The position numbers were made by a program, and so were the translations under genes. A DNA stretch of 63,939 nt, the filler included, from Octopus bimaculoides (lineage: Eukaryota), in the NCBI RefSeq assembly GCF_001194135.2. It is 6 parts of 6 records of this genome, joined end to end, with 100 filler letters (N's around TTAATTAATTAA, not from the genome) between each part and the next. Parts side by side here need not be neighbours in the genome. Positions count along the whole stretch, not along the records: positions 15,270 to 44,379 come from NC_068984.1; 5 more parts are not named here. One strand, written 5' to 3'. The notes under the pieces are model-generated. The model was not told the DNA's origin, did no database searches, and was given only the letters and a program-made list of their open reading frames with translations. Below, piece after piece: positions 25,028-37,766 of the stretch; within the stretch, counting starts at the first letter, position 1; each line of letters begins with the position of its first letter.

Positions 25028-26674
25028 TATTCATTTAGTATTTTTTCTTCTTTATTTGCGTTTCTTGCTGTGCTGCACATCAGGCTGTCCGTCGACAGTT
25101 CTAGTAGAATATCACTTTGTTCGCTTATTTATTTATCTGTATATTTATTTATTTGCTATCAGAAAAGTTTGTAGCATTTCGCCCAACTATTCTCCTTTAC
25201 CGGAGAAAGAACTGATGTATGTGGTCCCTTATGACACTTACCGAGATTNNNNNNNNNNNNNNNNNNNNNNNNNNNNNNNNNNNNNNNNNNNNNNNNNNNN
25301 NNNNNNNNNNNNNNNNNNNNNNNNNNNNNNNNNNNNNNNNNNNNNNNNNNNNNNNNNNNNNNNNNNNNNNNNNNNNNNNNNNNNNNNNNNNNNNNNNNNN
25401 NNNNNNNNNNNNNNNNNNNNNNNNNNNNNNNNNNNNNNNNNNNNNNNNNNNNNNNNNNNNNNNNNNNNNNNNNNNNNNNNNNNNNNNNNNNNNNNNNNNN
25501 NNNNNNNNNNNNNNNNNNNNNNNNNNNNNNNNNNNNNNNNNNNNNNNNNNNNNNNNNNNNNNNNNNNNNNNNNNNNNNNNNNNNNNNNNNNNNNNNNNNN
25601 NNNNNNNNNNNNNNNNNNNNNNNNNNNNNNNNNNNNNNNNNNNNNNNNNNNNNNNNNNNNNNNNNNNNNNNNNNNNNNNNNNNNNNNNNNNNNNNNNNNN
25701 NNNNNNNNNNNNNNNNNNNNNNNNNNNNNNNNNNNNNNNNNNNNNNNNNNNNNNNNNNNNNNNNNNNNNNNNNNNNNNNNNNNNNNNNNNNNNNNNNNNN
25801 NNNNNNNNNNNNNNNNNNNNNNNNNNNNNNNNNNNNNNNNNNNNNNNNNNNNNNNNNNNNNNNNNNNNNNNNNNNNNNNNNNNNNNNNNNNNNNNNTATA
25901 TATATATATATATATATATATTCATTTATCCATCCATCATTTCATCTAATCATACGCCCACGCATTTATCCGACAGGAAATTCAGTGAACGTGACCCCGT
26001 GGGTAATACAGCAATTAGTGATGCAAACATATTTATACGAAACCTATCACACACGCGCATATACTCATATATACGACCACATACGCACAAAACACGTCTG
26101 ACACACAACATTTAAACCGCACCACACTCACACACACACACACGCACACACATATATACACATACATCACACTACCTTTTTGAGACAATTACTTACGCAC
26201 ACATTAAGTCCGACACACTCACACTGAGAGACACGCATACGCTAATACCAGCACACTGTCATACGAATGAACATTCACACACAAAAATAGCTGCATCGTA
26301 CCGAAACATTACACGCACACATACACACACACACACATAAGCGCGCAAGTACTTACACGATGACACAGATACACATATACACACATTCTAACACACTGAC
26401 ATACATTTGCTAGCGAGTGCATACACATGTGCGCACACGCATACGAACATAGAAACAATAATACTCAGGCACTCTTACACTCACCCGCTTACACACACAC
26501 ACACACGCACACACACATACTACACATACTACACATACACTCGCACCTCCACAAACACACAAACAACTACACGGGCAATTAATCACATGCACATGCGACT
26601 CGCTGACACTTTCACCCAATTAATCACACACACACACACACACACACTCACGAACGCACGCACACACACACAAA

Positions 26675-26706
<32 letters not shown>

Positions 26707-27094
26707 AATTATACACTAAGACATTATCATAACATAAGATCACAACTAATTACATACACACATGCTTATACAGTGAAATATATCCATTATTATATACACC
26801 CATGCAAATATATTAACTGACACAGGAGCATAAACGCATAGAAACACATACAGAGCATTAAATGTTTTTCATGCGGATCACGTCTCTATGTAACTTATTA
26901 TCTTAATTCTGTTTTTCTACGCCCACTGGTTTACATTGTAGCATATCCACTAATGTGAACTTTTATGTTCTATGCAAGATGGTCACAATAAAGACCAATA
27001 CATGTCTAGAGTTGCTTCACCTCTATTTTCTTTAAGAATACGGCAAAGATTTGGGTACGGAGCCAGCAATATTGAAGGAAATGAGTTCTTTAAT

Positions 27095-27815
27095 TACATC
27101 AGTCAAGTACGTAACTGGTACTTCATTTTTATCGATGCCTAAAAGATGAAATGCAAAAATGAACTCAGCGGTATTTGAACTCAGAATTGAAAGAAATAGG
27201 GCAAAGCATTTTGCCAGTTCACCGATTCTGAAAATCTACCAGCAAAAAAAAAAAAAAACTAAAATATTATTGGTTTAAAATTTTGGCACAAGGCCAGCAA
27301 TTTCAGGGGAGGTGGTAAGTCGATTACATCGACCCCAGAGTTCAACCGGTACTTATTTTATTTATCCCGAAAGGATGAAAGGCAAAGTCAACTTCAGTGG
27401 AATAATAATTAAAACGATATTAATTACTTACTAATTAGTGACTACTATTTTCTTTCTGCATTGCATTACTTAGATTTTTAATGGTCCCTACATTAATAAT
27501 AGTTCATAATATAGGTTTGAATTTTGGATAAGGGTCTTTTAATCGATCCCAGTACTTGATGATAAGTAATTTATTTTATTGATCCCAGAGGGGTGAAGTA
27601 TCTGAAACCGTGCGCTAACTTTTAAAGATGATTTTCCAACGAAAAATAACTACAGTATTCCAATATATACTGTCTACATAGACAGCGAGCTGGCCGAATT
27701 GATAGCACTCGGCCATAATGCTTAAGTCCGTCTTTACGTTCTGAGTTCAAATTCCGCCGAGGTCGACTTTACCTTTCATCCTTTCGGGATTGATAAAATA
27801 AGTACCATTTGAACA
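27095..27815. mobile_element. Cluster of Nin-domain SINE fragments (about 27095-27215 -, 27266-27403 -, 27540-27600 -, 27683-27815 +)
   Basis: GAGTTCAAATTCCGCCGAGGTCGACTTTACCTTTCATCCTTTCGGGATTGATAAAATAAGTACC (B box plus Nin-like domain) and its reverse complement. Confidence 0.8.
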
Positions 27816-28180
27816 CTACCATTCATACAATCGATTTTTGAAACTAAAATTTATCATCTATAGAGTGTCGTCTAAAAGTAATGGTCAGAGCGTGTGCTTG
27901 TATTGAGGAAGAGAGTGTAAGAAAGAATTTGTATGAATCAGAAAGAGGGAAGCGGGAGAGCTTACTACTCCATTGCAATTATAAGTATTTTGCCATCTCT
28001 TTTCTTAAATCCTACCTGCTTTAGGCAAATGGACCGCAGACCCCAGAATTTTTTTTTCAAACATTATTCTATCATTCATCTCAATATCCCTTTGAAATTA
28101 GGCAAAGACTCTTTATAAAATGGTAACGATACTTCCAGGCAAATAAACATTCGTCACTAAGATCTTCTTATTTCTTTTAT

Positions 28181-28425
28181 CTTTTACTTGTTTCAGTCAT
28201 TAGACTGTGGTCATGCTGGGGCACGGCGTTGAAGAATATTTAGTCGAATGTATCGACCACAGTACTTATTTTTTAAAAGCCTGGTACTTATTTTATCGGT
28301 CACTTTTGCGGGTCCGGTAAGTTACGGAGGCATAAACACACCGGCACCGCTTGTCAGTCGGTGGTGGGAGGACAAACAGACACAAAGACACACACACACA
28401 CATACATACACGTACACACGCAGGG

Positions 28426-28461
<36 letters not shown>

Positions 28462-28813
28462 NNNNNNNNNNNNNNNNNNNNNNNNNNNNNNNNNNNNNNN
28501 NNNNNNNNNNNNNNNNNNNNNNNNNNNNNNNNNNNNNNNNNNNNNNNNNNNNNNNNNNNNNNNNNNNNNNNNNNNNNNNNNNNNNNNNNNNNNNNNNNNN
28601 NNNNNNNNNNNNNNNNNNNNNNNNNNNNNNNNNNNNNNATATATATATATATACGACGGGCTTCTTTCAGTTTCCATCCATCAAATCCATTCACAAGGCT
28701 TTAGTCGGTCCGAGGCTATAGTAGAAGACACTTGCCCAAAGTGCCATGGCAGTGGGACTGAACCCCGAACCATGGAGTTGGGAAGCAGACTTCTTACCAC
28801 GCAACCAAGCCTG
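28181..28813 (-). mobile_element. Full-length family 1 SINE with an internal (CA)n/(TA)n tract and gap
   Basis: Head GGTAAGAAGTCTGCTTCCCAACTCCATGGTTCGGGGTTCAGTCCCACTG..TTGGGCAAGTGTCTTCTACTATAGCCTCGG; 3' end CCAGCATGACCACAGTCTAATGACTGAAACAAGTAAAAG. Confidence 0.9.
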
Positions 28814-28889
28814 TCTATTAGGTATCAAAGCCAATTCATGCTGTTTAGACTTAAGTTAACCTTGATCGAGAAAATCTATGTTCAAGGAT

Positions 28890-29310
28890 ATTTCAGTATT
28901 TCTCCACAGACGACCCTACTGCTTACACAGCCAATCAAAACCGCATTCAGAGCAAGGCTACTCGACTAGCCCAGTAGTGGGCTCTCTCCACTTTCTACCT
29001 CACCCCCACCTACCGCAACTATAGTGGGCTCACTTCCTCGTAGCTAGTCGGTCTTTTGCCTCTCCCATCATGCAACCCCCGCCTCACTTATCTTTCCTCA
29101 TCTCATCACCCTTTTAGTCTCAAAATCCCAAGTCCTGCACTAACCATTACTCCCACCCCTATGTCTCTAGAATATCGGCCATCTGGAATTCCCTCCATGT
29201 TCATGCCTTTCCTGCAGATGTCGGCTTGCAGCAGTTTCAATGCATCATTTACCGCATCAATCTCATTTCTAAAGTCTCGTAATGTTCGCAATGGCCTTCC
29301 ACACCAAGCC
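28890..29310 (+). mobile_element. Degenerate LINE 3' end (CR1/Jockey-type RT C-terminus)
   Basis: Across frameshifts: RIQSKATRL...SSSHHPFSLKIPS...SAIWNSLHVHAFPADVGLQQF. Confidence 0.7.
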
Positions 29311-29377
29311 CAGTGAGTAACGTACTCATACTCACACACACACAGACACAAAGACACACAGACACAAAGACACACAG

Positions 29378-29447
<70 letters not shown>

Positions 29448-30599
29448 ACAGATACACACACATACGTATGTGATGTATGTATATATATGTATCTACACAC
29501 GCGCACACACACATACATACGCATATATGGAGAGGAAGAGCAAGGGAGAGAGATGTATGGTTAAATTTATAAATATTTGCTCCTTTCTACTGATGCATTA
29601 ACACATCCACAAAAAGGCGCGCACACAAACATATACACACGCGCGCGAAAACTCAGATGTGCATGCACTCACTCACATATATGCGTACATTCATACATGC
29701 ATATGTATGTATGTTTATATCTATTTTCTTCTCTCTCTCTCTCTCTATACATGTATATCTATATACATATATACACATCAACACACACACACACACAAAC
29801 ATTCATACGCAAATAAATATAAGATAAAGAAGGAATTTTTGCGAGTGCGTGCGTGAGAGTGTATGTGTGTGTGAGAGAGAGAAGGAAAGGGAGAGAGGGA
29901 AAGGGAGAGAGGGAAAGGGAGAGAGGGAAAGGGAGANNNNNNNNNNAGAGAAGGAAAGGGAGAGAGGGAAAGGGAGAGAGGGAAAGGGAGAGACGGAGAA
30001 TGTGTGTGTGTGTGTGTGTTTGTGTGTTTCTGAAAGAGAGAAGCTGAAGAACCTAGGACTGAGTGAGACAGGAAGAGAGGATGAGAGAGACTGCGATGTG
30101 TGTGTATCATGAAGAGAATGTTATCCTCTGTTTAAAATACCAACGCTTAAAATAGCATTTAGGAAAACATCAGTCCTGCTTAAAGATGAATTTCTCTCTC
30201 CCGCCTCTCCTTCTTTCTCTGAATAGCAACAAAACTGTCTCTAGTGGCATTACTACCCTTTAAGAGATGTGCTCTCACACCAAAATGCATCTGGCAAAAT
30301 TCCTATCGTCACGCAATGTTAAACGGAAAAAGTAAATTCAGTTGCTATTGAGAGGATAAACTAAAACACATAATACAGAAGCATTTGCATAGTTTCTGGT
30401 ATATAAGAAAACATGATCGAATCTAGGTTTCTGTGGAAGCTGGTAATGATCTTCGTCGGCAACATTTAATCAGCGGACGAGTTTACAGAAGAGTTTGCAA
30501 AGTTCCTATTGAGTGGGAATCAAAGAATGTAACGTTTCGATTTTTTAGACATTCGTTTAAGTGATGACGATAAGTGTTGTTGTCACCTCAGTGCTGGTA

Positions 30600-30941
30600 T
30601 CTATATATATAAAAATGAGAATGTGTGTCTGTCTGTCTGTCTGTCTGTGTGAATCCCTAAAACTCGAGAACTACGCAACCAATTTCATTCAAATTTTACA
30701 CATGCCTTACTTAGGGTTCCAGTTGTGTTTTAGTCAAAAAAAATTATTAACTTCTTGCAGAGTTCGAGCACACGGCAACATAATATCTCCTCCACTATTT
30801 AAGTATTACGTGTCAAAAGTGAAACAAAAACACTCATGTCAAATACTTTCACTTTAAAAATGAAACTATTCCACTAACTGAAACAATCACATTTCGATAC
30901 TGTAGTGACAGATACTTTCACAGAGAGAGAAAGAGAGAAAG

Positions 30942-30982
<41 letters not shown>

Positions 30983-32120
30983 NNNNNNNNNNNNNNNNNN
31001 NNNNNNNNNNNNNNNNNNNNNNNNNNNNNNNNNNNNNNNNNNNNNNNNNNNNNNNNNNNNNNNNNNNNNNNNNNNNNNNNNNNNNNNNNNNNNNNNNNNN
31101 NNNNNNNNNNNNNNNNNNNNNNNNNNNNNNNNNNNNNNNNNNNNNNNNNNNNNNNNNNNNNNNNNNNNNNNNNNNNNNNNNNNNNNNNNNNNNNNNNNNN
31201 NNNNNNNNNNNNNNNNNNNNNNNNNNNNNNNNNNNNNNNNNNNNNNNNNNNNNNNNNNNNNNNNNNNNNNNNNNNNNNNNNNNNNNNNNNNNNNNNNNNN
31301 NNNNNNNNNNNNNNNNNNNNNNNNNNNNNNNNNNNNNNNNNNNNNNNNNNNNNNNNNNNNNNNNNNNNNNNNNNNNNNNNNNNNNNNNNNNNNNNNNNNN
31401 NNNNNNNNNNNNNNNNNNNNNNNNNNNNNNNNNNNNNNNNNNNNNNNNNNNNNNNNNNNNNNNNNNNNNNNNNNNNNNNNNNNNNNNNNNNNNNNNNNNN
31501 NNNNNNNNNNNNNNNNNNNNNNNNNNNNNNNNNNNNNNNNNNNNNNNNNNNNNNNNNNNNNNNNNNNNNNNNNNNNNNNNNNNNNNNNNNNNNNNNNNNN
31601 NNNNNNNNNNNNNNNNNNNNNNNNNNNNNNNNNNNNNNNNNNNNNNNNNNNNNNNNNNNNNNNNNNNNNNNNNNNNNNNNNNNNNNNNNNNNNNNNNNNN
31701 NNNNNNNNNNNNNNNNNNNNNNNNNNNNNNNNNNNNNNNNNNNNNNNNNNNNNNNNNNNNNNNNNNNNNNNNNNNNNNNNNNNNNNNNNNNNNNNNNNNN
31801 NNNNNNNNNNNNNNNNNNNNNNNNNNNNNNNGGGCAGCAACAAAAAACCTATTTGTATATGCTCCACAAGGGAAAACAAGGAACATAGTTTACAATGAGG
31901 TGTTATAATCACAACAGCAAGAAAGTATGTACATGATCACCTTCTTTTACGAAATTTCATTGACTTTCATATATTTATATTGATATACATATATATATAC
32001 GTGTGTTTAGGTGCGTGTGTGTATATACATCTCTATATATAAAGATGATGCGTAGTCTAGACGGCGTTTTTAGATTTCATTATTCTCTTTAACCCGGGCA
32101 ACGCCGGGTATTTCTGCTAG
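30600..32120 (+). mobile_element. Non-autonomous Helitron-like element (A|TC...hairpin-CTAG|T)
   Basis: 5' A|TCTATATATATAAAAATGAGAATGTGTGTCTGTCTG; 3' ACCCGGGCAACGCCGGGT hairpin then CTAG|T at 32117-32121. A second TC-TATATAT start near 32031 could be the real partner of this 3' end. Confidence 0.7.
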
Positions 32121-32917
32121 TGTAAAATAAAAAGAATTCAAATGAAGGTGTATGTGAAGTATGAAGGAAGAACCCAAGGAGATTTGGAGTAATAGGCTCA
32201 AGTTCTTGCATTAGATGTAAGGAAAAATCTTAATAATATCGGTAGAATTTTCTCCAGTATTTTTCTTAAAGGAATATTTGATTGACCGTCAGACCACTAC
32301 AACAAAGTGCTGGAGAATCATAGAATGAAAACAAAAATCGTAATTAAAATTTTATTATGTTCAACACTCCATAGAGTCACAATGTTAAATTCAATAGCGC
32401 CACCAGATTTAAAGTCTGATCCACAAATATTCTCCCAAGACAGAAATATTCAAATCTATTGAATTATTTGAAAAGTTAAAGGTATAGGTAATCTGTTGTT
32501 GCGTAATGAACAAGAGATAAATTATTAGCAGTGTTCCAAACTACATAAAGAGCCCAAGGATGCATAAACCACTTCTGTGACTAGATATTCTAGTAATCTC
32601 ATCAACCCAAACAACAGGGTAGCTAACGGCAGTTGAGAGAATGAAGAGCAATGCCTCCTTAGAAACTTACGCTGAATAACTCAGTTGCAAGCTACCGATT
32701 CAATCTCAGGAGGCAAAGAACTCTAAAGCATATGTTTGAATGTGCGATGGCAGCATCAAAGAACGACTGCATCTACAGAAACAAATGCATGAAAACCATG
32801 GCATTATCAAGCCATATACGCTACTTGAAATGTTACAATAGTGACAAATTTGATATCATATGGTCAATAATTCAACGTATAGAAGCCTATTGCAAATTAA
32901 TGCAACTCCAGAAATAA

Positions 32918-33132
32918 CCTTTTCTACTCTAGGCACAAGGATCAAAATTTTTGGGGAGGGGCCAGTCGATTACATCAACCTCAGTACGCAACTGGTACTT
33001 AATTTATCGACCCCAAAAGGATGAAAGACAAAGTCGACCTCAGCGGAATTTTAACTCAGAACGTAAAGTCAGACGAAATACCGCTAAGCATTTCGCCCGG
33101 CGTGCTAACGTTTCTGCCAGCTCACCGCCTTT
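32918..33132 (-). mobile_element. Full-length Nin-domain SINE with 15-bp target-site duplication
   Basis: Head GGCGGTGAGCTGGCAGAAACGTTAGCACGCCGGGCGAAATGCTTAGCGG. TSD CAACTCCAGAAATAA at 32903-32917 and 33133-33147. Confidence 0.92.
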
Positions 33133-33399
33133 CAACTCCAGAAATAATGCAAAATATTTCATCCTCACCCAAACATTTTACCTGTCTAAATGAGAACAGT
33201 CTAATTTTTCATTTTCAGCAGAGCAATTGAGACTTGATATGTAACACCTGAAAACTGAAAGTCCTTAGATTACCATTCCATATGCAAGACAAACAGCAAG
33301 AAAGCAAAACAGCAAAACATCACTAAAAAGAGAATGTGACTTCCACCAGTCAGCCCCAGTTCATGATTTTCCAAGAACAGAGAAATAAAAATGATTGAT

Positions 33400-34240
33400 G
33401 AATGCTAGAACGTGGATTTAAATAAAACTCAGAATATATAGAGAATAAGGGAGATAGAACGAATGTGACAAAACGGTTAGTATAATTAATCAATGTTTCG
33501 GATAATGATGCAACACCAGGACAGAATGAGAAAACAAAACATAAAGAAAAGGAATTATTAGAATATGATGTTCGTTCTGAGAAGCAAATACCTGAACGAG
33601 AGACAAGAAGTATGCAGTCCAGAAATTTGTGCTTAAGTAATGAAGAATGGCAAGTGATAAGGGAAATAAGCGTGACAAGTCTGAAGATAGGTAAATGGAG
33701 TACGTGTAAAGTAGGTTTAAGTATATCTTACAAGTATGGGAGAAGGTGGCGAGATAGAATTAAATATGCATGATGTAAGTTTTTGTATACGTGTTAGAGC
33801 CAGTGTGAACATAAGTGTGGACATAATGAGTAAGTGAAAAACTAGTACCAGGCAAAATATCATGTATGTACATGGATGTGGATAGGTGATAAAATAATTC
33901 AAGAGAAATAAGTGTTAAGTGTGATAATATATATATGTTGGTGAACCAAAATAGAGTTAAGTGCATGACCAAGGATGTGTGTGAATGTGAGTGTAAGTGT
34001 GAGTGTATATGTGTGTAATTGTGTACGTAGGATATGAAAGGTGTTGGCTTAGTGTCCGGAATATGAAAGATGTCAAATTTGAGAGAGAAGTTTCTATGAG
34101 TGTATGAGTAGAAAAGATGTGTACGAGTTGTAGTATTTGTAAATGTGGGAAAAGGATAGAAAAAATAAAGTGGGAATTTGAGTAAGGCACGTCGGATTTT
34201 AATAACACCAAAGATGATTCTGCTTAAGTAGAAAGATAAT
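33400..34240 (-). mobile_element. Highly decayed Penelope-like RT/3' region
   Basis: Weak echoes of Penelope RT motifs (FYLSRIIFGV, FDIFHIPDTKPT, HSHLHSHSH) and C/T/A-rich composition. Confidence 0.4.
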
Positions 34241-34469
34241 TTTTTCTAGCAAAAATAGTGAGAATTAGAGTGTTAGTGGAAGAATCATTGGAAATCTCTA
34301 GGGTAAGTTTGGACCCTAAATCGCAAACACAGTTCACCGAATTTTATTCAAAAACGCGGATTTGCAAATTTACATTTTTATTTATAATTACTGGATTATT
34401 TGGATATGTTATTAAACTTTTAAGTGATAATCTTGAAATGTCATTGTTTGAAAAAGACCACCACTCCAC

Positions 34470-34680
34470 TCCCACCACCTCCATCCACAACAAACACACA
34501 GACTCACACTTATACCCCAACTTCTCCTCCTCCCACCCAAACCAAGCTCTCCATCCCTTATTCCCAATTCCTCCGTCTGCGCAGGCTCTGCAGTGACAAC
34601 CATGACTTTGAGACTCAGTCTCAACTCATGGCTTGCCACTTCATCTTACATAGATATCCCCTCACCACCATGAACAACAA
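34470..34680 (+). mobile_element. Penelope-like RT C-terminal fragment
   Basis: HNKHTDSHLYPNFSSSHP, then after a frameshift KLSIPYSQFLRLRRLCSDNHDFETQSQLMACHF, a characteristic Penelope RT thumb motif. Confidence 0.88.
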
Positions 34681-35521
34681 CATACGAATATACGTACATA
34701 AACAAATATTCAACTTTAAATGCGCTTTAAAACATCTAGGAATAGATATTTCTTTGGAAATCTTGACCAATAACTTACTCGCACATAACCAAACTGTCTC
34801 TTAACCTTCTGCTATCTCTTGTCTTAAAATGAGCGCGATCATCGTATCAGTAAGAGAGCTAAACCCAACAGGGAAACTCTGAGTTAATAAAGAAGTTTCT
34901 ATGTGCTCAACTGATATGTTAAAATGGCAGCCAAATATCCTTCAAATCACGCTTTATTGCTATTAAAAATGTTGGGCATCAGACATTTGATAATGTAGCT
35001 TTAGCCCCGTTGTGCAAATAAAAGATGGGATGGCTAGGAATGGAATGATTTCGTTCATTGTTTTATTACTGCTGCAAGTTTTGTTTTTCTTTAAACCCCA
35101 ATCTGTTCAGTCTACCTTAGCATTGATTCAAGAGTTTTCCCGCAATTTTTTCCCAAATAACTGTGGCTGGATGTAGAAATATTTTATGTGATGAGATTTT
35201 CGCTTCATTAGCAGGCATATTGGAGTTCGTGACAAAACTGAATAACTTAGAGTAATGTAAGGTGCGTTGTGGTCAACATATCGATAGTACTTGCTTGTGG
35301 TGTTTCCATCTGTTGTTTATATGTATTGCATCGTATACGTAAGATCTCTTCTTAAATCCATCCCAATTACTCTTCTTATGTTTTTACAATATGTCAAAAT
35401 ATACACTATTTGTTTAAAGGTCACGCTACCGTATTTCATAAGTTCATTGCCTTGGAGTGTCTATCTGTATTAAGCACCGATTTTTCCCTTCTTCAAAGTT
35501 ATTTATGATCTTTATTATATA

Positions 35522-37325
35522 CTAGCAGTAATAACCGTCGTTGATCGGGTAATTACTTTTATTATATAGATTTATTATATAGATTTATTCCTCCTGTATG
35601 TGTGTATTTTATAAGAAAAAAGATATAATAATTGAAATAGAAAAAAGATCAATTTCATACGCGAACTTCTGTTTCTTTATTATATGACAATAATAAGTGA
35701 GTTGTATGTGTCTTTTTTTATATATCAATACAGTAATGGCAATTATATAATACACAAGGCTTTGGTCGGCACGGAGCTGTAATGAAATAGAATCGCCCAA
35801 CATGTCGCACAGTGGGACTCAACCCAAGGCGACATGGTTGGAAAGCAAGCTTCTCAAACGCACAGCCACGCCTATAAAGGAGAGATACATTTTGGATAAT
35901 ATACACTTTGAGACAATATGCTTAAGAAAAAGATGGGATGTTTACGCTGGGAAGACCTTTGATTTTAATACTTTCTCGAGTAACGCAACAACTAACAACG
36001 CTACACCATATAGAGTGTTCCAGAATTAACTATCTGTTTCAATGAAACTGAGCAAATTTAAAAAGAAAAAACTGAGAGAATTTTATGTTAATTACCAAAA
36101 CAAATAGATTTATGCATTTTACATCAATCTTTTATTGAAAATTTTCAACATGTCTGTATTCACTGCATACTTCAAATTTATCCTTAGCATTGTGAAACAC
36201 ATTTTGAAGCATTTCAGGAGTTAGCTCCTGCACTGATAACTGAATGTGTTCTTTAAACTAAACGATTGCGCCATCTTGAGGATGGAGGTAAAGAAAATGA
36301 TTGCTGCCAAATTGAAAAGAAAAGCTGTCATGGACAAATAAGAGGGGACCAACAGGAATGAAAGTAAAATTATGAACAAAATTCAAAATTTATACACTTT
36401 TAACATATTAAGCACGATAAACATAAACAACAGTGAATTTTATTTTTAATGCATTCGGTTTCATTCAAATCATCATTAATTCTGGGACGACTTGTATTTA
36501 CTCGTCCGACTAAACACAGGGAACATAGAGGGGAGGACTAATTGCGTAGCTTCCAGAAGTGGACACGCGGTCAAAATGAAATGGCTGTGAATCACAGCAG
36601 CAGTATTTTTTTGTATGAACATTTTGCATTATATAGTTCAAACATGGAAAGCAGACATGCTTCCGAGCCATGCTGCGTTGCGCAGGATTGGAAACTTGAA
36701 ACATCAACAGGGCAATTCTGGAGAATGGATGAATGGGTTTGTTGTGCCTTTACCCAGTCGCACGCATACGCACATGGCCCGGTGGTGCACGGGATAGTAA
36801 CACGAAGCATCAACACGGTACCGACAAAAATTTTAATGTCCTTATTTTCTTTGCCAAACTGGACAAAAAGGTTTTCATGAAATAGTATACGCTACTTATA
36901 ATGCATAAGTAGTATCAATATTTTATCGTCGGAAATTGGCCTAAAATAAAGATAAGGCCCAGTGCAGTATACTCAAATCTGATTAATCTACATTTTTGGA
37001 CGGTCCGTAGTCGGCGTTGGAATTTTTTTTTTTTTTTTAGTCAACAGCAATTCGAGGAGCCTGGTTAATGTTTGTTGCAAATTTGGAGGAAAGCGACTGG
37101 GTACTCTTCAAGTTACGGGCTTTAACGCTGCGAAAATGTTTTTAAAATCTGGCTTATCTGCCTCTGGGCCCACATTAGGCAAGAAGTTGAAAATTGTTTT
37201 GGCCCATGATACTTCATGGACCCTATGTAATGCATGTATAAAATTTCATTAAAATCGGTTGCGTGAATCTCGAGTTTTAACATGTCAAACAGACAGACAC
37301 ACATCTTGTGTTTTATATATATATA
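35522..37325 (-). mobile_element. Possible Helitron-like element on the minus strand (3' end at 35522, 5' end near 37325)
   Basis: Minus-strand ACCCGATCAACGACGGTTATTACTGCTAGT at 35521-35550 resembles the 3' end at 32092-32121. 37130-37325 is the reverse complement of the 5' region at 30600-30790. Pairing the two ends is inference. Confidence 0.5.
35753..35873 (-). mobile_element. Family 1 SINE head fragment
   Basis: CACAAGGCTTTGGTCGG...CAGTGGGACTCAACCC...GCAAGCTTCTC..CACAGCCACGCCT. Confidence 0.8.
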
Positions 37326-37766
37326 NNNNNNNNNNNNNNNNNNNNNNNNNNNNNNNNNNNNNNNNNNNNNNNNNNNNNNNNNNNNNNNNNNNNNNNNNNN
37401 NNNNNNNNNNNNNNNNNNNNNNNNNNNNNNNNNNNNNNNNNNNNNNNNNNNNNNNNNNNNNNNNNNNNNNNNNNNNNNNNNATATTTCTGTATGAACATG
37501 CATTTAATCCAGATAGTATTTCACCTTCCAGCATGATACTACAGTGATTGAAAACTTATTTATCCCCTAAAACCAATAACATTGAGCAGCAATTTCCAAC
37601 TATTTTTCGTTTAGAGACATGGAAACTACAATTCCCTATTAAATCGGTGATGTTGAATTCATGATACTCAATCAGATTTCCCTATCAAATCCAGATTTTG
37701 CGTAACCAAGGACTCAGTTTTTACTTTCCCCTTTCTCAGCTTCTAACGCACCGAATCTGAAATTTA

